From Mizuhopecten yessoensis (taxonomy: Eukaryota): DNA of 64,000 nt. The stretch is taken from NCBI RefSeq assembly GCF_002113885.1, contig NW_018404030.1, forward strand, positions 284,699 to 348,698. Direction: 5' to 3'. This document shows, piece after piece, positions 36,651-50,340 of this stretch. The notes under the pieces are model-generated. The model was not told the DNA's origin, searched no databases, and was given only the letters and a program-made list of their open reading frames with translations. The position numbers and the translations under genes were made by a program. Numbering within the stretch: the stretch's first letter is position 1; the number at the start of each line of letters is the position of its first letter.

Positions 36651-39600
36651 CTGTAAAACAACAATAATTCCGTTTTTCTTGGCTCCTCCTCCGTATTTTG
36701 TCAACACGAGCGTGAAACAAGAACGGGGACATCTGGGGAACAGTTTATACCCGATAGTACATCACACTATAGTTGCTACTGTTTGTATACTAAAAACTGT
36801 ACATCTAGCTTATGTATATGTACCCGTCATAGAAAACCTTGACTGGATGAACGTACGGGACACATGGGCGTGGTGAATTGCCTACCCGGATGTAATGACT
36901 CACTGCATAGGCCGAAAACAAGTTATACATTGAATACGAGTTTGTTTAATTCTTGCTCTTCATGAACAAAAAAGCTTTTTTCTTTGTAGTTCTTGAGATT
37001 ATTTTTAAGTAAAACGTACAGTTAGGTACTCTCATCATCTATACAGTTATATATGAATGATGACGAATAATAAAAACAACAGTAACACTACTCCCACCTT
37101 ATACACACACCTCACCCCAATCTCCGAATTAATAACTTAATTGACTTAATAATATTGGAATTAGCGAGGTCTTTTTGCGTCTTGTTTTTATCATTGTGAA
37201 TATTCTTCCATACCGGCAGAGATGCATGCAAGAAGCCGTTTGCGAAAAGTAAAAGCTCAGGGTCTTTTCCTTTCAGTGTAAAAACTTTGATCAAAGGAGT
37301 TACCAAATTCTGATCCGAATTGTAATTTCAAAACTTCATAAGAATTTAGCTCTCTATAGTATTGCCGATTACGAAAAACAATTGCATTTTCTTTTCCAAT
37401 ATTTAAAATAATCTGATCAAGTTAACTGCGATTGAGAATACCATTATGCATGGACAATGGACTGCTAGACTTGAAAACTCGAATGATCTCTTTAATGTGG
37501 AAACTCCGTTTATCACAAAGTGTTATGATGATAGGATTCTACCAGTAAACAATACCAAAGTATCAACAAAACCGTCAATTGAACTGAAAATCAACATAAC
37601 TAGGGCGATCGATGGAAAATCTTAACAAGAAGAATAGGATTTAAATGTTTAACAAGTGCGAGAGTCTGCAGCTCGACAACCCCTCCCCCATTTCCTCATG
37701 TTAGTCTTGGTTTAATCTAAGTGTTGTCACGTGGGAACCTGGGATGTGACAACAAGACTCACTATTGAGCATGATCAAACACATTGACCTTTAGATCACA
37801 CAAAGAAACATTCTATTTCCTAATGAGATCATGATGGGGAACATAACACTTGCCCTTTATCAATCTGCACAATTACTGATTTTGACCTTTGGAAGAACTG
37901 CGAAGTCACGATAGCATTAGTCCAGTCCAGATTTTACATCATACGTACATGTAACATATCTAACAAGCTGAAACTATGCTCTCTTGTAATACCAGATGTA
38001 CTTTACGTACGTACACTGTTCCCAAAGGGCACGTGCATTTCATGTACAGATACATGTCTGTTTAACCAAATGACCGAACGTTGTTTACCGTCCATCTGAG
38101 ACATTTGTTGACAAATAGAGGAGAAATACCGATGTCTGTCCGAGGGAATGTTTCGAGTATTGTCGTAAAGCAAGATGAAATAATAGATAAACAAGTACCA
38201 CTTTGTTCGTATCAGTCCAATAAAATTAAACTCACAATTAGCACTGAATTGATTGTTGTTAATAAGGAAAATAAATATGTACATCATTACATGGCGTTTG
38301 AAAAGAAACGTTAAATTGTTAGAAAAACAATCTGACAAACTGCATGATTGATCGACATTCTTCTCGTTTGTAGGAAATGGACGCAAGCCAAAACATGCGA
38401 ATGGCGATTCAAACATGACAACGGTGAGTTAAGTTAAGAAATCTGAGCCCAGTAACATGTCTATTCTGATGATAGGAGATTCCAATATTTACACATGTTT
38501 TCCACAAAAATAGTTCGTTTATGGCGTAAGATTGGTCAGAATGTTGATAAGCCATCAACAGACGGATGTGATGAGTTATGACTTGTGTCTGGGGATTAGA
38601 TTGAAGGACGCTGTGGGAATCCTGGACATACTCTGATGGACAAAGATGAAAGCTGATATTTTGACACTAAATAGTTGAAACGGTATACGACCAGTAACTC
38701 CTGTCAATCCCATAAAAGAAACTGCTTCTCATAGAGGAGGAATGCTATTAATAGCGCATACGGTGGATTGGTTAAAAAATCATTTGCTTTATGGCATACG
38801 TCTTTTACGCGAACATTTGAAGTTGCATAATGAATACAACAAAATTATAACGCCATGCTTTGTTTAAATGTTTGGAGATGGATTTACATGTTTAGGTTTT
38901 CCTATTGTGAGACATTTTGTAAAATAACACTGCCATTTTTAAAAACAATAATATATTTTCCGTAATAATAACTCAATAGCTGAAAACGAAAGCGTGTACC
39001 TCGCGAAGATGAAGTTGTGTATATTGACGCTTAACCGTCTAAATAACATGGAAACTTCGACTTTCAAACAGCTAGAATCTCACCAGGATTAAGTCGCAAA
39101 AAGACTCCTTCATATAGATGAGAAAAAGGGTGTATACCCCATTTGAATGGCAATAATTTTTGCTCAACGTTTTGCTCAAAACTTATTCCTTACATCATTC
39201 GTGATACATTTGATTTAATTTTATGTTTTTTTTATTCAGTCTCTAATGTCCATGTGACAGCTAGGTGATATGAAAACAGATACCCAGGAGAAAACTACCG
39301 AAGAGAAAGTGTAGACAAGAGGAAAACACGCATACGTCTTTAAAGGTTTTGTGTACAGAATTGCGATAATACTGATGTTTAGGAGATATTTTGGAAATGC
39401 GTTTTAGAGCTAAAGTGATAGCGACCTTGAAGACAAAGATATTCTCGAAAATTCCTTACGATCTGGTTCTTTATCAATTTTATATCAAAACTTCAAAACT
39501 TGTATGTTGAATGCAATAACCATGACAGTAACATGGACTATGAGAACATACGGTAAAAAAATCTAGATTTCCGGAACGAATGTTAACGGACCTCCTGATT

Positions 39601-39960
39601 GGTTGAAATAACTTAATATACTGTTTTATCTGCTGATACTCTTTGCTTATCACTATAATGGTCATAAAATCTAAACTTTACGTGTTACTTACAAGTACTT
39701 GATTACAGTATATATCTGCGGTGTAGTTTGTTATGATAAAAAAGCTAATATTATACCGCGTTGTACTGTTAAACTTTTAGCACGCTAAGAGCGTGAAGTA
39801 TTTATGGGGAATAATTAAACTAAAGCCAAACTGCCCTGCATAAATAAAATTTCTTGTCAAAATAAAACAAAATATAATGGCTGATGGTATCATTCATTAA
39901 TCCAAAAAGACTATCATGTTACCTAAAGCTTCTGGATGTTTTATACAGCAAGAGGCACCC

Positions 39961-40225
39961 GATGTTAACACAGCGCCAATGACATTCAAATCCGGTGTTA
40001 ATACAGCGCCAATGGCATTCGCATCCGAGGTTAATACAGCGCCAATGGCATTCACATCCGATGTTAATACAGCGCCATCGGCTTTCACATCAGATGTTAA
40101 TACAGCGCCAATGGCTTTCACATCCGATGTTAATACAGCGCCAATGGCATTCACATCCGAGGTTAATACAGCGCCAATGGCATTCACATCCGATGTTAAT
40201 ACAGCGCCAATGGCATTCGATGTCA
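39961..40225. repeat. 33-bp minisatellite (gatgttaatacagcgccaatggcattcacatcc), about 8 copies
   Basis: Visible directly; explains the spurious repetitive ORFs on both strands. Confidence 0.95.
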
Positions 40226-42008
40226 AATAGAGCAATTAACATTCAATGTTTTTATAGGGCATATGCGTTCAATGTAATTACAAAACAGTATACATGCAGT
40301 GTATCACAGAGCAGCAGACCTAAAAACATTCATTATAGAAAAAACAAAGGAAAACACAAGTTTCAACAAAACCATAGTTCGAACTCAAAATCGATATAAC
40401 CAGCGCCAGGAATGACTAAAGGAGAGATTAACATGATGAACCATGAAAAAAGTTCAGGGAGAATAAGACCAGACGTTCCGGAAGGGTAAGCGTCTTCTGC
40501 TTCATCGACGACTTCCGTCATTCACATCTAGTTCAGATCGGAGAAACGTCACATCTTCACAAGAACGATAGGATTTATCACACTATGGTAAATTTGTATC
40601 AACTCCATTGTAAGTTTTAAAATAGCCCGACAATTGTCAAGATCAGCAAAGGAATGAAGAGAAATTGAAGTAGAAATGCTTGGTCATATCAGAAGTATAA
40701 CAAGTATTATTTTCAATTGTTAAACATTACCCCGACCACCACTCATCCGTTTGTCCCACCGTCCACACTGTGGTTAAAGGACAGATCGGACGATTTTATA
40801 TATTTTGAATACTATCCCTGTGATTCAGGTATCGCGAAAAGTTACTTATTGTTGAGAACGAAGAAGGTACAACTGTTACTAACTTGTGCAACGTGCTGGA
40901 CCAATAAATGACCAATAGACATGGATTTCATTGTGATGATGTGATATAATCAATTGAATGGCGTTGCTATCGACCGAAAAACAGTTCTTTGATTTTATAT
41001 GTAAACAATGTAATGTGGTCAAACTTAAGAAACTAATAATAACTAATAAATAGATAAATATATAAACGACTCTCACCAGAACGCCATTTATTGCTAGTAC
41101 GCCCAATGTCTTGGCCGCCAGCACCAACCGGATCTCAAAGCTTTTTTTTTTGTCTTATGTGAAAACAATGTGACGCTATTACCGTTTAATTGACAATCAC
41201 TGATTGAATAAAGATGTTTATCAAACGTGATTGTAAGAATTCGCAATAACTTCTAAGATTAACGTTGTTTCTCTGCACTACATCTACTTAACTAAAGATT
41301 TAAACAATGATTAATTGTATCTACAAAGTCTCCCTTTAGCCTGGTTCTCATCAATTCTAAAGTTATTAGGAAGTAAATATTACAACATTTCTCTTCTGTT
41401 TCTAAATCAACCGTTTGAAACGACGCTGGTTTGTGAGTCACCTTGGCGTAAGTGCACGTTAAACACACACAAATTACGCACAAGCGACGCCCCTGTGGTG
41501 CTTATCTGCCAATTCATTCGACACAGAACCTAGGAACAACCATCTGTTCTCGAATACATCATCGCTCATCGTTTGATACCGCGGACATTTGTTTATATTG
41601 TACAGTAATGTATATGCTAAAAAGACGGAGAATCCTATTGCAGAATATCCGTTTTGAACATTTTCCAGAAAGAGAAAAAAATTCTTGTTAAGCCATCTAT
41701 TCTATTTCCTAGAGCAATCAAGCGAGGACGTATGGTCGTCATCCCTACGTGAGTAACCCAAACAGCTCTTAAGCTGTTGGTAGAAGCCAACGTTACACAA
41801 TGGGTTAATAAAATATCTTTTGCTCATGCACACGTCTGGTACTGTTAGGGGCAGGAAGTACCCATGTCGATGTTTGGCAGCGATAGGGCAAACCCAAGCA
41901 CACGTGTCAACATATGATCATGACATATCTGCAAACACGTGTGAATGTTTGGAAACATCTAAGTACGTATGACTATGTATGACATCGAACGTAAGAAATC
42001 GCTGTAAC

Positions 42009-42795
42009 CATGTACATGTTTCACAATGATAGGGTACATGTAATACCCAGTACTCATGTAAATGTGTCAAAATGATAGGGTACATGTAATACCCAGTACC
42101 CATGTAAATATTTCACAATGATAGGGTACATGTTATACCCAGTACCCATGTAAATGTGTCACAATGATAGGGTACATGTTATACCCAGTAACCATGTAAA
42201 TGTGTCACAATGATAGGGTACATGTTATACCCAGTACCCATGTAAATGTGTCACAATGATAGGGTACATGTAATCCCCAGTACCCATGTAAATGTTTCAC
42301 AATGATAGGGTAGATGTTATATCCAGTCCCCATGTAAATGTGTCACAATGATAGGGTACATGTAATATCCAGTACCCATGTAAATGTGTCACAATGATAG
42401 GGTACATGTAATATCCAGTACCCATGTAAATGTGTCACAATGATAGGGTACATGTTATACCCAGTAACCATGTAAATGTGTCACAATGATAGGGTACATG
42501 TAATACCCAGTACCCATGTAAATGTTTCACAATGATAGGGTAGATGTTATATCCAGTACCCATGTAAATGTGTCACAATGATAGGGTACATGTAATACCC
42601 AGTACCCATGTAAATGTTTCACAATGATAGGGTACATGTAATACCCAGTACCCATGTAAATGTGTCATAATGATAGGGTACATGTAATATCCAGTACCCA
42701 TGTAAATGTGTCACAATGATAGGGTACATGTAATACCCAGTACCCATGTAAATGATTCACAATGATAGGGTACATGTTATACCCAGTACCCATGA
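42009..42795. repeat. 46-bp minisatellite (catgtaaatgtgtcacaatgatagggtacatgtaatacccagtacc), about 17 copies
   Basis: Visible directly; each unit has an internal inverted repeat gggta...taccc. Confidence 0.97.
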
Positions 42796-44479
42796 AAATG
42801 CGTGATAGGAATAGAAAAAATCGATTTTATGACAACGAAAGAGTTAAATCTAAAGGTACTCATGACAATGCACGGCAACGATAGGAAACATCTTAGTACC
42901 CATGACAATCTATGACAACGATAGAATAAATCTGTAACTATCCCTATGGTATATCCCTTAAACGACGATATGACGATGCAAACTGCTGTATCCCTCTCTA
43001 ATGTAGACAGAAGCAGAAAGAGCATGAACTAAAGTCAGAGATACACTTTTGAAAGTAATGCTAGGTATACAGGAAAGAAGTATGCCTGGAATAATTTCGT
43101 TCCATTTGGTTGTTATAAACAAAATATCTTGATCTGAACGATTCTTTCATCTTAAGTAACATGGCAGTAAGGGAAAATCAAATAATTATAGTTAAAATGG
43201 AATATGAAAACACCTCACTAAAATCACTCGAAAATAATCTAAGGTAGAAAATATGTTTCAATCCAAACGTGTTTGCGACAAGTCAACTTTTCTGTGTGTT
43301 TTAATCAAAGTAGGTAGTCTTAAATAAAAAAAAATACAAGCCGTTGTAATCATTTTTTTACCTTTGGTATTTATGACGATTCGTCAAACTTAAATAAACG
43401 AATAATGAGACAAGTGTTGTGAGAACCCGTTGGAACTTTAACATCTTTTCTTAAAATTTGGGAAACATTGTAGGTCCCTAAAGATCAGTTTAACTTAATC
43501 AGCAAGAAACTATGTCATCGTTCATTTGAGAAGTTATAACGGCCCATCAGAAAAACGAGATTATAAAGCGTACAACAGTAGAAAATATGAATAGACCCTA
43601 GTTGTGATAAACACAGATGTAAACAATATTGCAGGATGAGGAAAAAAAGGGATTGGACTTTCAGGGAATTCAACCCGGCCGAGTCAGGTAAAATCGAACT
43701 GATGATTCACATGAGCACTAATAATAACGTTGATATTAATATGAGTTGTCAGTATAATAATTTAATAAATACATCCGCAAGGATCGGTATATGTTTACAA
43801 TTTTTTGAGATGTCTGTTCTTCGTCAAGGTGTGGCTTATGACGTGAATGTGGTAAAAACCCAACCTGTTGTATAAACAATGAAACACGAGGTACCGGGTG
43901 AGAATAACTGCGTAACAGTAGCAAAACAGTGCCCAATTCAGGCCATAGACCAGTAGCCCGTAGGATACGGGGTTATAGGCTATATAAAGTGTAGGCCAGG
44001 CCTGACGTACCTATTATACTTCGTAAAGGGAGATAATTACTTGTGATACAGTGTATATATTGTATACAATAGGTCTACTGTACTGCTTTACGTCATAAGG
44101 GGTGACTTTAACTTTGGATATTGTAAATCGAAGACACGTAGCCAAAATAAGCTTGTTTTACTAGTCGTATATCGTGTTTGGTCATATGCTCGTTTTCTGC
44201 AATTTGCATTCATTTCTTTTTTTTTAGTTTCCTTCTGGATTCGACTTCCATTGGCTCTCTTTTTCATTTTTTTCGCGTGAAATTCACCCTTCAATAATAT
44301 CATTCTTTACACATAATTCGTTCTCAAATTCCCTCTTGACACACACGTCTTTCAGCAATTTTTTGTAGAAATACCCATTGTTCAACATTACTTTTGTTGA
44401 CCCATTCATGTCTCACCATCGACACTCATGACACATCCATCGTTCACAATTGACTTTCTTAACAAAAAAACATTGTTCA

Positions 44480-44990
44480 CCAGTGTCTCTCTTGACACAC
44501 CAATCGTTAGGCAATATCTCTCTTGAAACACTCATCGTTCTTCATTGTCTCTCCTGAAACACCTGTCGTTCACCATTGACTCTCCTGAAACACCTGTCGT
44601 TGACCATTGCCTCCCCTGAAACACCCATCGTTCACCATTGACTCTCCTGAAACACCTGTCGTTCACCATTGACTCTACTGAAACACATGTCGTTCACCAT
44701 TGACTCTCCTGAAACACCCATCGTTCACCATTACCCCTCCTGAAACATCCATCGTTCACCATTGACTCTCCTGAAACATCCATCGTTCACCATTGACGCT
44801 CCTGAAACATCCATCGTTCACCATTGACTCTCCTGAAACACCCATCGTTCACCATTGTCTCTCCTGAAACACCCATCGTTCACCATTGACTCTCCTGAAA
44901 CACCCATCCTTCCCCATTGACGCTCCTGAAACACCCATCGTTCCCCATTGACGCTCCTGAAACACCCATCGTTCGGCCGTATCTCTCTTG
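44480..44990. repeat. 31-bp minisatellite (cattgactctcctgaaacacccatcgttcac), about 16 copies, degenerate edges
   Basis: Visible directly. Confidence 0.95.
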
Positions 44991-47900
44991 ACAAACTAGT
45001 GCTTATCTGTTTACTTTCATCTTTCTCAGCTTTACTGTGTAGTACTTATTGTATTTATTGACCGTAAAGAAAGAATCGGAATATCCCGGATGTACTTAAT
45101 GACCATACATTTTGCAGTACCTTTAAAGTAGACCTATACACAGTAGAATGTAGAAACACTTTGTTCGCGTCCGACCGGAAACGTCTGTGCGCGTCAACTG
45201 ACATGTTGATTTATTTTTTTCACTCTCCCTGTTGTCAAATTAAATCTCACGAAAAGCTGTTCGACATATAATCTCAAAAGCATAAAATGAAATTCGCGAA
45301 AATTAAACGATTAACATTACGGGATTGCACTGACATCTTAATTATTACAAAAACAGAGATATTGCCGCGGTAATCAACTTATGGCATTATAGTGGATTTT
45401 TCCCTGATAATGAGATAACAAATTATTATTCCGGCTATTGTGTAATGTCGACAAACTAAGTACATTGTCAGGATTTCGGAACCTGAGAGACATACAGGTA
45501 GATATATCGTACCATGACCTTTTTCTGTGTCTGCTGCTGTTATGTTCTCTATGTCTAAGATCGCGGTGACTTAAATGCTTTTAATGGAGGGCGGCCTTTG
45601 TGGTGAAGAACGCGCTTAGTCTTCCGGACCACCTGGATAGCCTTCGTTTTGTTAGAGGAGTTCATCATGACTTACATTTATTTTGTTGTCAAATTAACTT
45701 CAATATCACACGCGGGAAGTAAATTACACGGGCAGTGTCACACTTAGGAGTACACTGGCCGCCGTCTCTAGAATATTGTGTGATTCCGAAAATAAAAACG
45801 GTTATAATCTTGATCCCCTGGATGTCTGATTCTAGACTTTAAGTTCTAAACTAAAAGGAGGTAAACTACTATATCTTAAGAGTTACATTGCACGCGTACA
45901 TGTCAATTCAATGTCACGCATGAGAGTTTAATACGTAATTACATACAGGAATCAGATTCCGCATGTTCTTTCAAACACACGAGTTTCAAGGACAATTTCG
46001 TACACAAAAGATACATTTTACATACAACCTCGCAGTTCGTTTCATGAGCAATCGCTTACAAATGAGGTGTATTGCGTGCATTTTATTTTACAATGTTATA
46101 CGATTCAGATTCAATCTGAACAATTTGTGCAAAAAATAATAATTTTGTAGACACATTTATATTTGATAGTAAAATTCTAACAAAGGTTATCACACTACAG
46201 GACTCCTAAGTTTACATCTGTGTAGTACGTTGGCTTCATTCATACCCCGTAATTCACTCAAATTCCCATATTTTGTAGATAAAAGGGAATTATGCTTTGT
46301 TTTATCAAAAACATTGCCTTCCTAGCCTCCTAATTATGTTAGATAACAGAGTAAGGATGCGTTTAACATTGAGAGAGATTTTGTAAATTACTGGTACACT
46401 ATTATATAGCGTAGATACAAGCAAGGCCGATGACATTGATGATATTATGAAGTAGTTGTATCGGCACTATGGCAGAGAGATGCTCCCTGTGTTTCGATTA
46501 CGCTTGCGTTTCGCGTTAATACACTCCAATCTGTAGGATAGTGCTAGCATGAACTGTGTAATCTCGTAACTACATCTCGTGGATTTATCCTTCGGCACCG
46601 TTTGATTCGTTGGCAACCAGAACAGATGCATAGCCAAGATATATCGTATGTACTATAATTTAAATCCTGCGGACGTATAGTATGGGGTGATATTGTTTTT
46701 GGTGATGGTACAGAGGCACAGGTTTAAGTATGAAGTCGTGCACATATTGTCATTATTTTGTGCTCAAAACTAGATGAACAATCGGACAACATTACTTGAC
46801 TCATTATGACATCCCATAATACTCGTTATATTTCTATACCGTACAATGTGTAACTTTCGCGGTTAATTTAACTTTGGTGACTACTGAAACTGAAACACGA
46901 ACTTTACTAATTTTAATTTCGGGTTAAACGTCCTCGCAAATGCCAGGGTCATATAATGACGTTTGCCTAGGGAGATACCGCCGGGAAAAGAAGGTAGATA
47001 GAAAAGAAAGAAGGCGAGATAGATAGGAAGCGAAAACATCCCGAGTATTGTAAATACGTTCCAGGTAATACATTCTTTCAGATTCGTTTCGTTTGATGCG
47101 CGTCTAGTTAGAAATATTTAATAACTCAAAATTAACCGATCAATATGTACTTATTTAGTACAAATTACCTCACATTTGACGCGGTGGACAAATGAGATAA
47201 TAATTTGTTATCCCAAACACAACTGCTCTAATTAAATATTTATTCTTTTTACAACAAAACTATTGTACTGTTCTGCGCTGCACTATTCCCGACTTTGGTC
47301 GTGTAGTAGATAATTCGCCACCATGTTGTATGTTTTGATTAGAACACATGTGTACTGATCCCTTAGGTAATTAATACATCCATGTGATAATTGAGGCCAC
47401 GTGTTCGACCTGTACACAAGATATACTAACCAGCGGGGCAGTAGCCTAGTACCATACGTGACCACACTTATTTCTGTAGTGTTTCATGATAGTAATGACC
47501 CTTAGTCCCAGGTTCACACGGTCGACGAACATACGGCACAACAATCCATTCATAATTCTTATGACCAGAACGGATAATTTGATGGGGCGCCTTTACCATT
47601 TGCAAGAAACTATGGGTACAATGATTGGTAGTAAGTCTAGTCCCAAGATGGTGGACTCTCCTTTTAGACTATCATTGGCCGAGGTTGTTCCTTACCTTGT
47701 AGCTGGAATCTATTCTGATATCGGTAAAGGAAATGCTCTTGTGTTCAAAATTTATAAATCTTTGATAAGTAATAAGGTTTCTTTAGGCTCCTTTCCCTCT
47801 TTACTGTATTTCAAAATATCTTTCGGAACAGTTTAACCGTCAATTATCATTCATTTAGCCTTTAGTACAACTGATGTGTTCTAAATGCACAAAATAGCCA

Positions 47901-49870
47901 CATAGTGCAATGCAAATGTTTAATTTGTTTGGTACTTTTCATCAAATAATTCATTTTTAAATATATGTATTAAAACGTTGAACTTAATGCAATTAACGTA
48001 ATACTGAAGAAGAAGTACAATGCAACTTAATAAAATTTTACTGCGTTACGCAGTATAGCAGTTAATACTTGTTTGTAGGTTTCATTTCCTAATAGTTTTA
48101 GGTTTCGGACAGGCGTGAGTCTTGAGAGTAATGGATATTCATAGCGAATTATACAGGTGAAAGTGGGAATGCATAGTTATTGAATTGGTCGGTGAAAAGG
48201 AAGGTGCACGAGATTTACGTGTGGCAGGGCGGATGCAAACGTGGTTGGTTCAAATAGGGCGGCGAGACATTCTAGACACCAAACAATACAGTCGATTTTT
48301 TTGATTTTTTTTTTTTTTGTAGATTTTTTACAACTTTTGTTTAGTGAAACATATGCTTATATCAGTATTGAAATTGTTTCCATAGACGATCTAGGACATC
48401 AAAAGGTTTTCCAGAGCTTTTGTGACGTTTTATCTCTGGCTTTTAACCCTGGATGTCGGGGAGAAGGTTCCCTGTAATGTCATGCATGTATCACTGTCCA
48501 GATGACATGGAGGAGTAAGAAGTTGAAATGATTTGTACACAATTGTCACAAGTGTTTAAAAGATATCATGCATATTGAATAAACGGTTGCTCCATCGTCT
48601 AGGAACAGGCTACCGGCATATATGTGTTGTTTACATTGATTTGGAGGGGTATTATCATGGGTGAATAGGACAGACACTGATTATAACTGTAAACCCCAGT
48701 GGTTAGAACTAACGAAACAGCTGAGAAGGGAGTTTATAACAAAAGTGGTTCCATTTTTATGCGAAGTAGACAATATGTAATCTACTGAAAACGTACGGTC
48801 TCTGACGAAAATTAAAACTAAAAATGGTTGCTGACGTTTTAACGACATTCATAAGATATGATATAAAAATCTATAACATATTTCTTATTTATTTTGTTTA
48901 TGATAAAAAGATATTAATACAATTGTATGCCATTTCAAATATTTTAAAAAAGAGAACGTTCTCAGCCTTATTTAAAACATAATTATTTTATCTTATATTT
49001 TGTGTGGCTTGCCGTAGGATGTTTGATACCTCACAGCTCCACATTAACCTACAGGGTCTGCGGTTCCCAGCAAGGTGATATAAAGTCGTTAGAGAATTAT
49101 GTGTATGCCATATTTCCTGTTGCAAATAAAGGTTTGGTGGAGGCAAATGATGGGCGTCTGCAAAACTTAATTTATCAATTTGAGGATTTTTATTTCTTAA
49201 GTGAGTCATAAGATTGTATGTTTTCCCTTTTCTGTTAGGATGTATGCCTGAACAAAGACTTTGTTAATGTATATCTTTACCAGTGGGGTACCCTAAGAGA
49301 GCCGAACAATGGTCTAGCAATGTTAAAGCAACTCCTTTCCCAGGCCGATAAAAACAAAGCTTGTTAACAGCCGCCTAATAGACTATATTTGCATGTACGT
49401 TCTCAAAGATTGCGTCTGAGGAATATAATGTTTCATTCATACAGCATATAGATAAAAAGATCTGAAACCTGTAAAAAGGAACAAAAGTTTTCGGATTTGT
49501 TCCGAACAGACCATAAATTTAGATGTAATAGTATTTTAATTGAGGCAAATAGAAAAAAGAAAAGAAAAGAAAAACACAGTCTTTAATAGCAATACCACTA
49601 TGTATGTCAAGTATGGCCTTCAGAAACAGTTTATGCTGCTCTTGAGCTTTCAATTCGTTCACATTTTTTAAATATGTTGTACACTTTGAAGATTGTGGAC
49701 AAGGTTTATGGTCGCTATTATGATCTCATTTAGGAAATATTATATTTTCTTGGGCGATATGAATAAGCTTTAATGTGGTTAGTGGGTTAATTGTCACTGC
49801 ACATGTTCTCAATTTCAGAACGTGACTTAACTTTGATTTGGCCTAGAATACTATGGCGGTTGTCGTCAAT

Positions 49871-50340
49871 GAAGCAGACGGCGCTTTCCCTTTCGGAACA
49901 CAGTCTATTCTCTTTGGAAAACCTGCAGTAGACGCCGCTTTCCCTTACGGAACACAGTCTATTATCTTTGGAATACCTGAAGCAGACGGCGCTTTCCCTT
50001 TCGGAACACAGTCTATTCTCTTTGGAAAACCTGCAGTAGACGCCGCTTTCCCTTTCGGAACACAGTCTATTCTCTTTGGAAAACCTGAAGTAGACGCCGC
50101 TTTCCCTTTCGGAACACAGTCTATTCTCTTTGGAATACCTGAAGCAGACGGCGCTTTCCCTTCCGGAACACAATCTATTCTCCTTGGAAAACCTGAAGCA
50201 GACGCCGTTTTTTTCCTTTCGGAACAAAATTCATTCTCCTTGGAAAACCTGAAGCAGTCGGCGCTTTCCCTTTGGGGGAACACGATCTATTCTCCTTGGA
50301 AAACCTGAAGCAGACGACGATTTCCCTTTCGGAACACCTG
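49871..50340. repeat. 54-bp minisatellite (gaagcagacggcgctttccctttcggaacacagtctattctctttggaaaacct), about 8.5 copies
   Basis: Visible directly; 18-codon period in the overlapping ORFs. Confidence 0.95.

Noticed and set aside
39897-40399. Repetitive ORFs (AIGAVLTSDVN)n / (VNTAPMAFTSD)n resembling antifreeze or adhesive proteins
   Set aside because: By-product of a 33-bp unit open in several frames on both strands; no splice or start context.
47486-47836. 116-aa ORF and a nearby minus-strand GTAAG donor as a possible alternative exon
   Set aside because: No recognisable motif; the phase-1 frame hits a stop and there is no good acceptor or signal peptide.
49787-50308. 18-aa repeat ORFs
   Set aside because: By-product of a 54-bp minisatellite.
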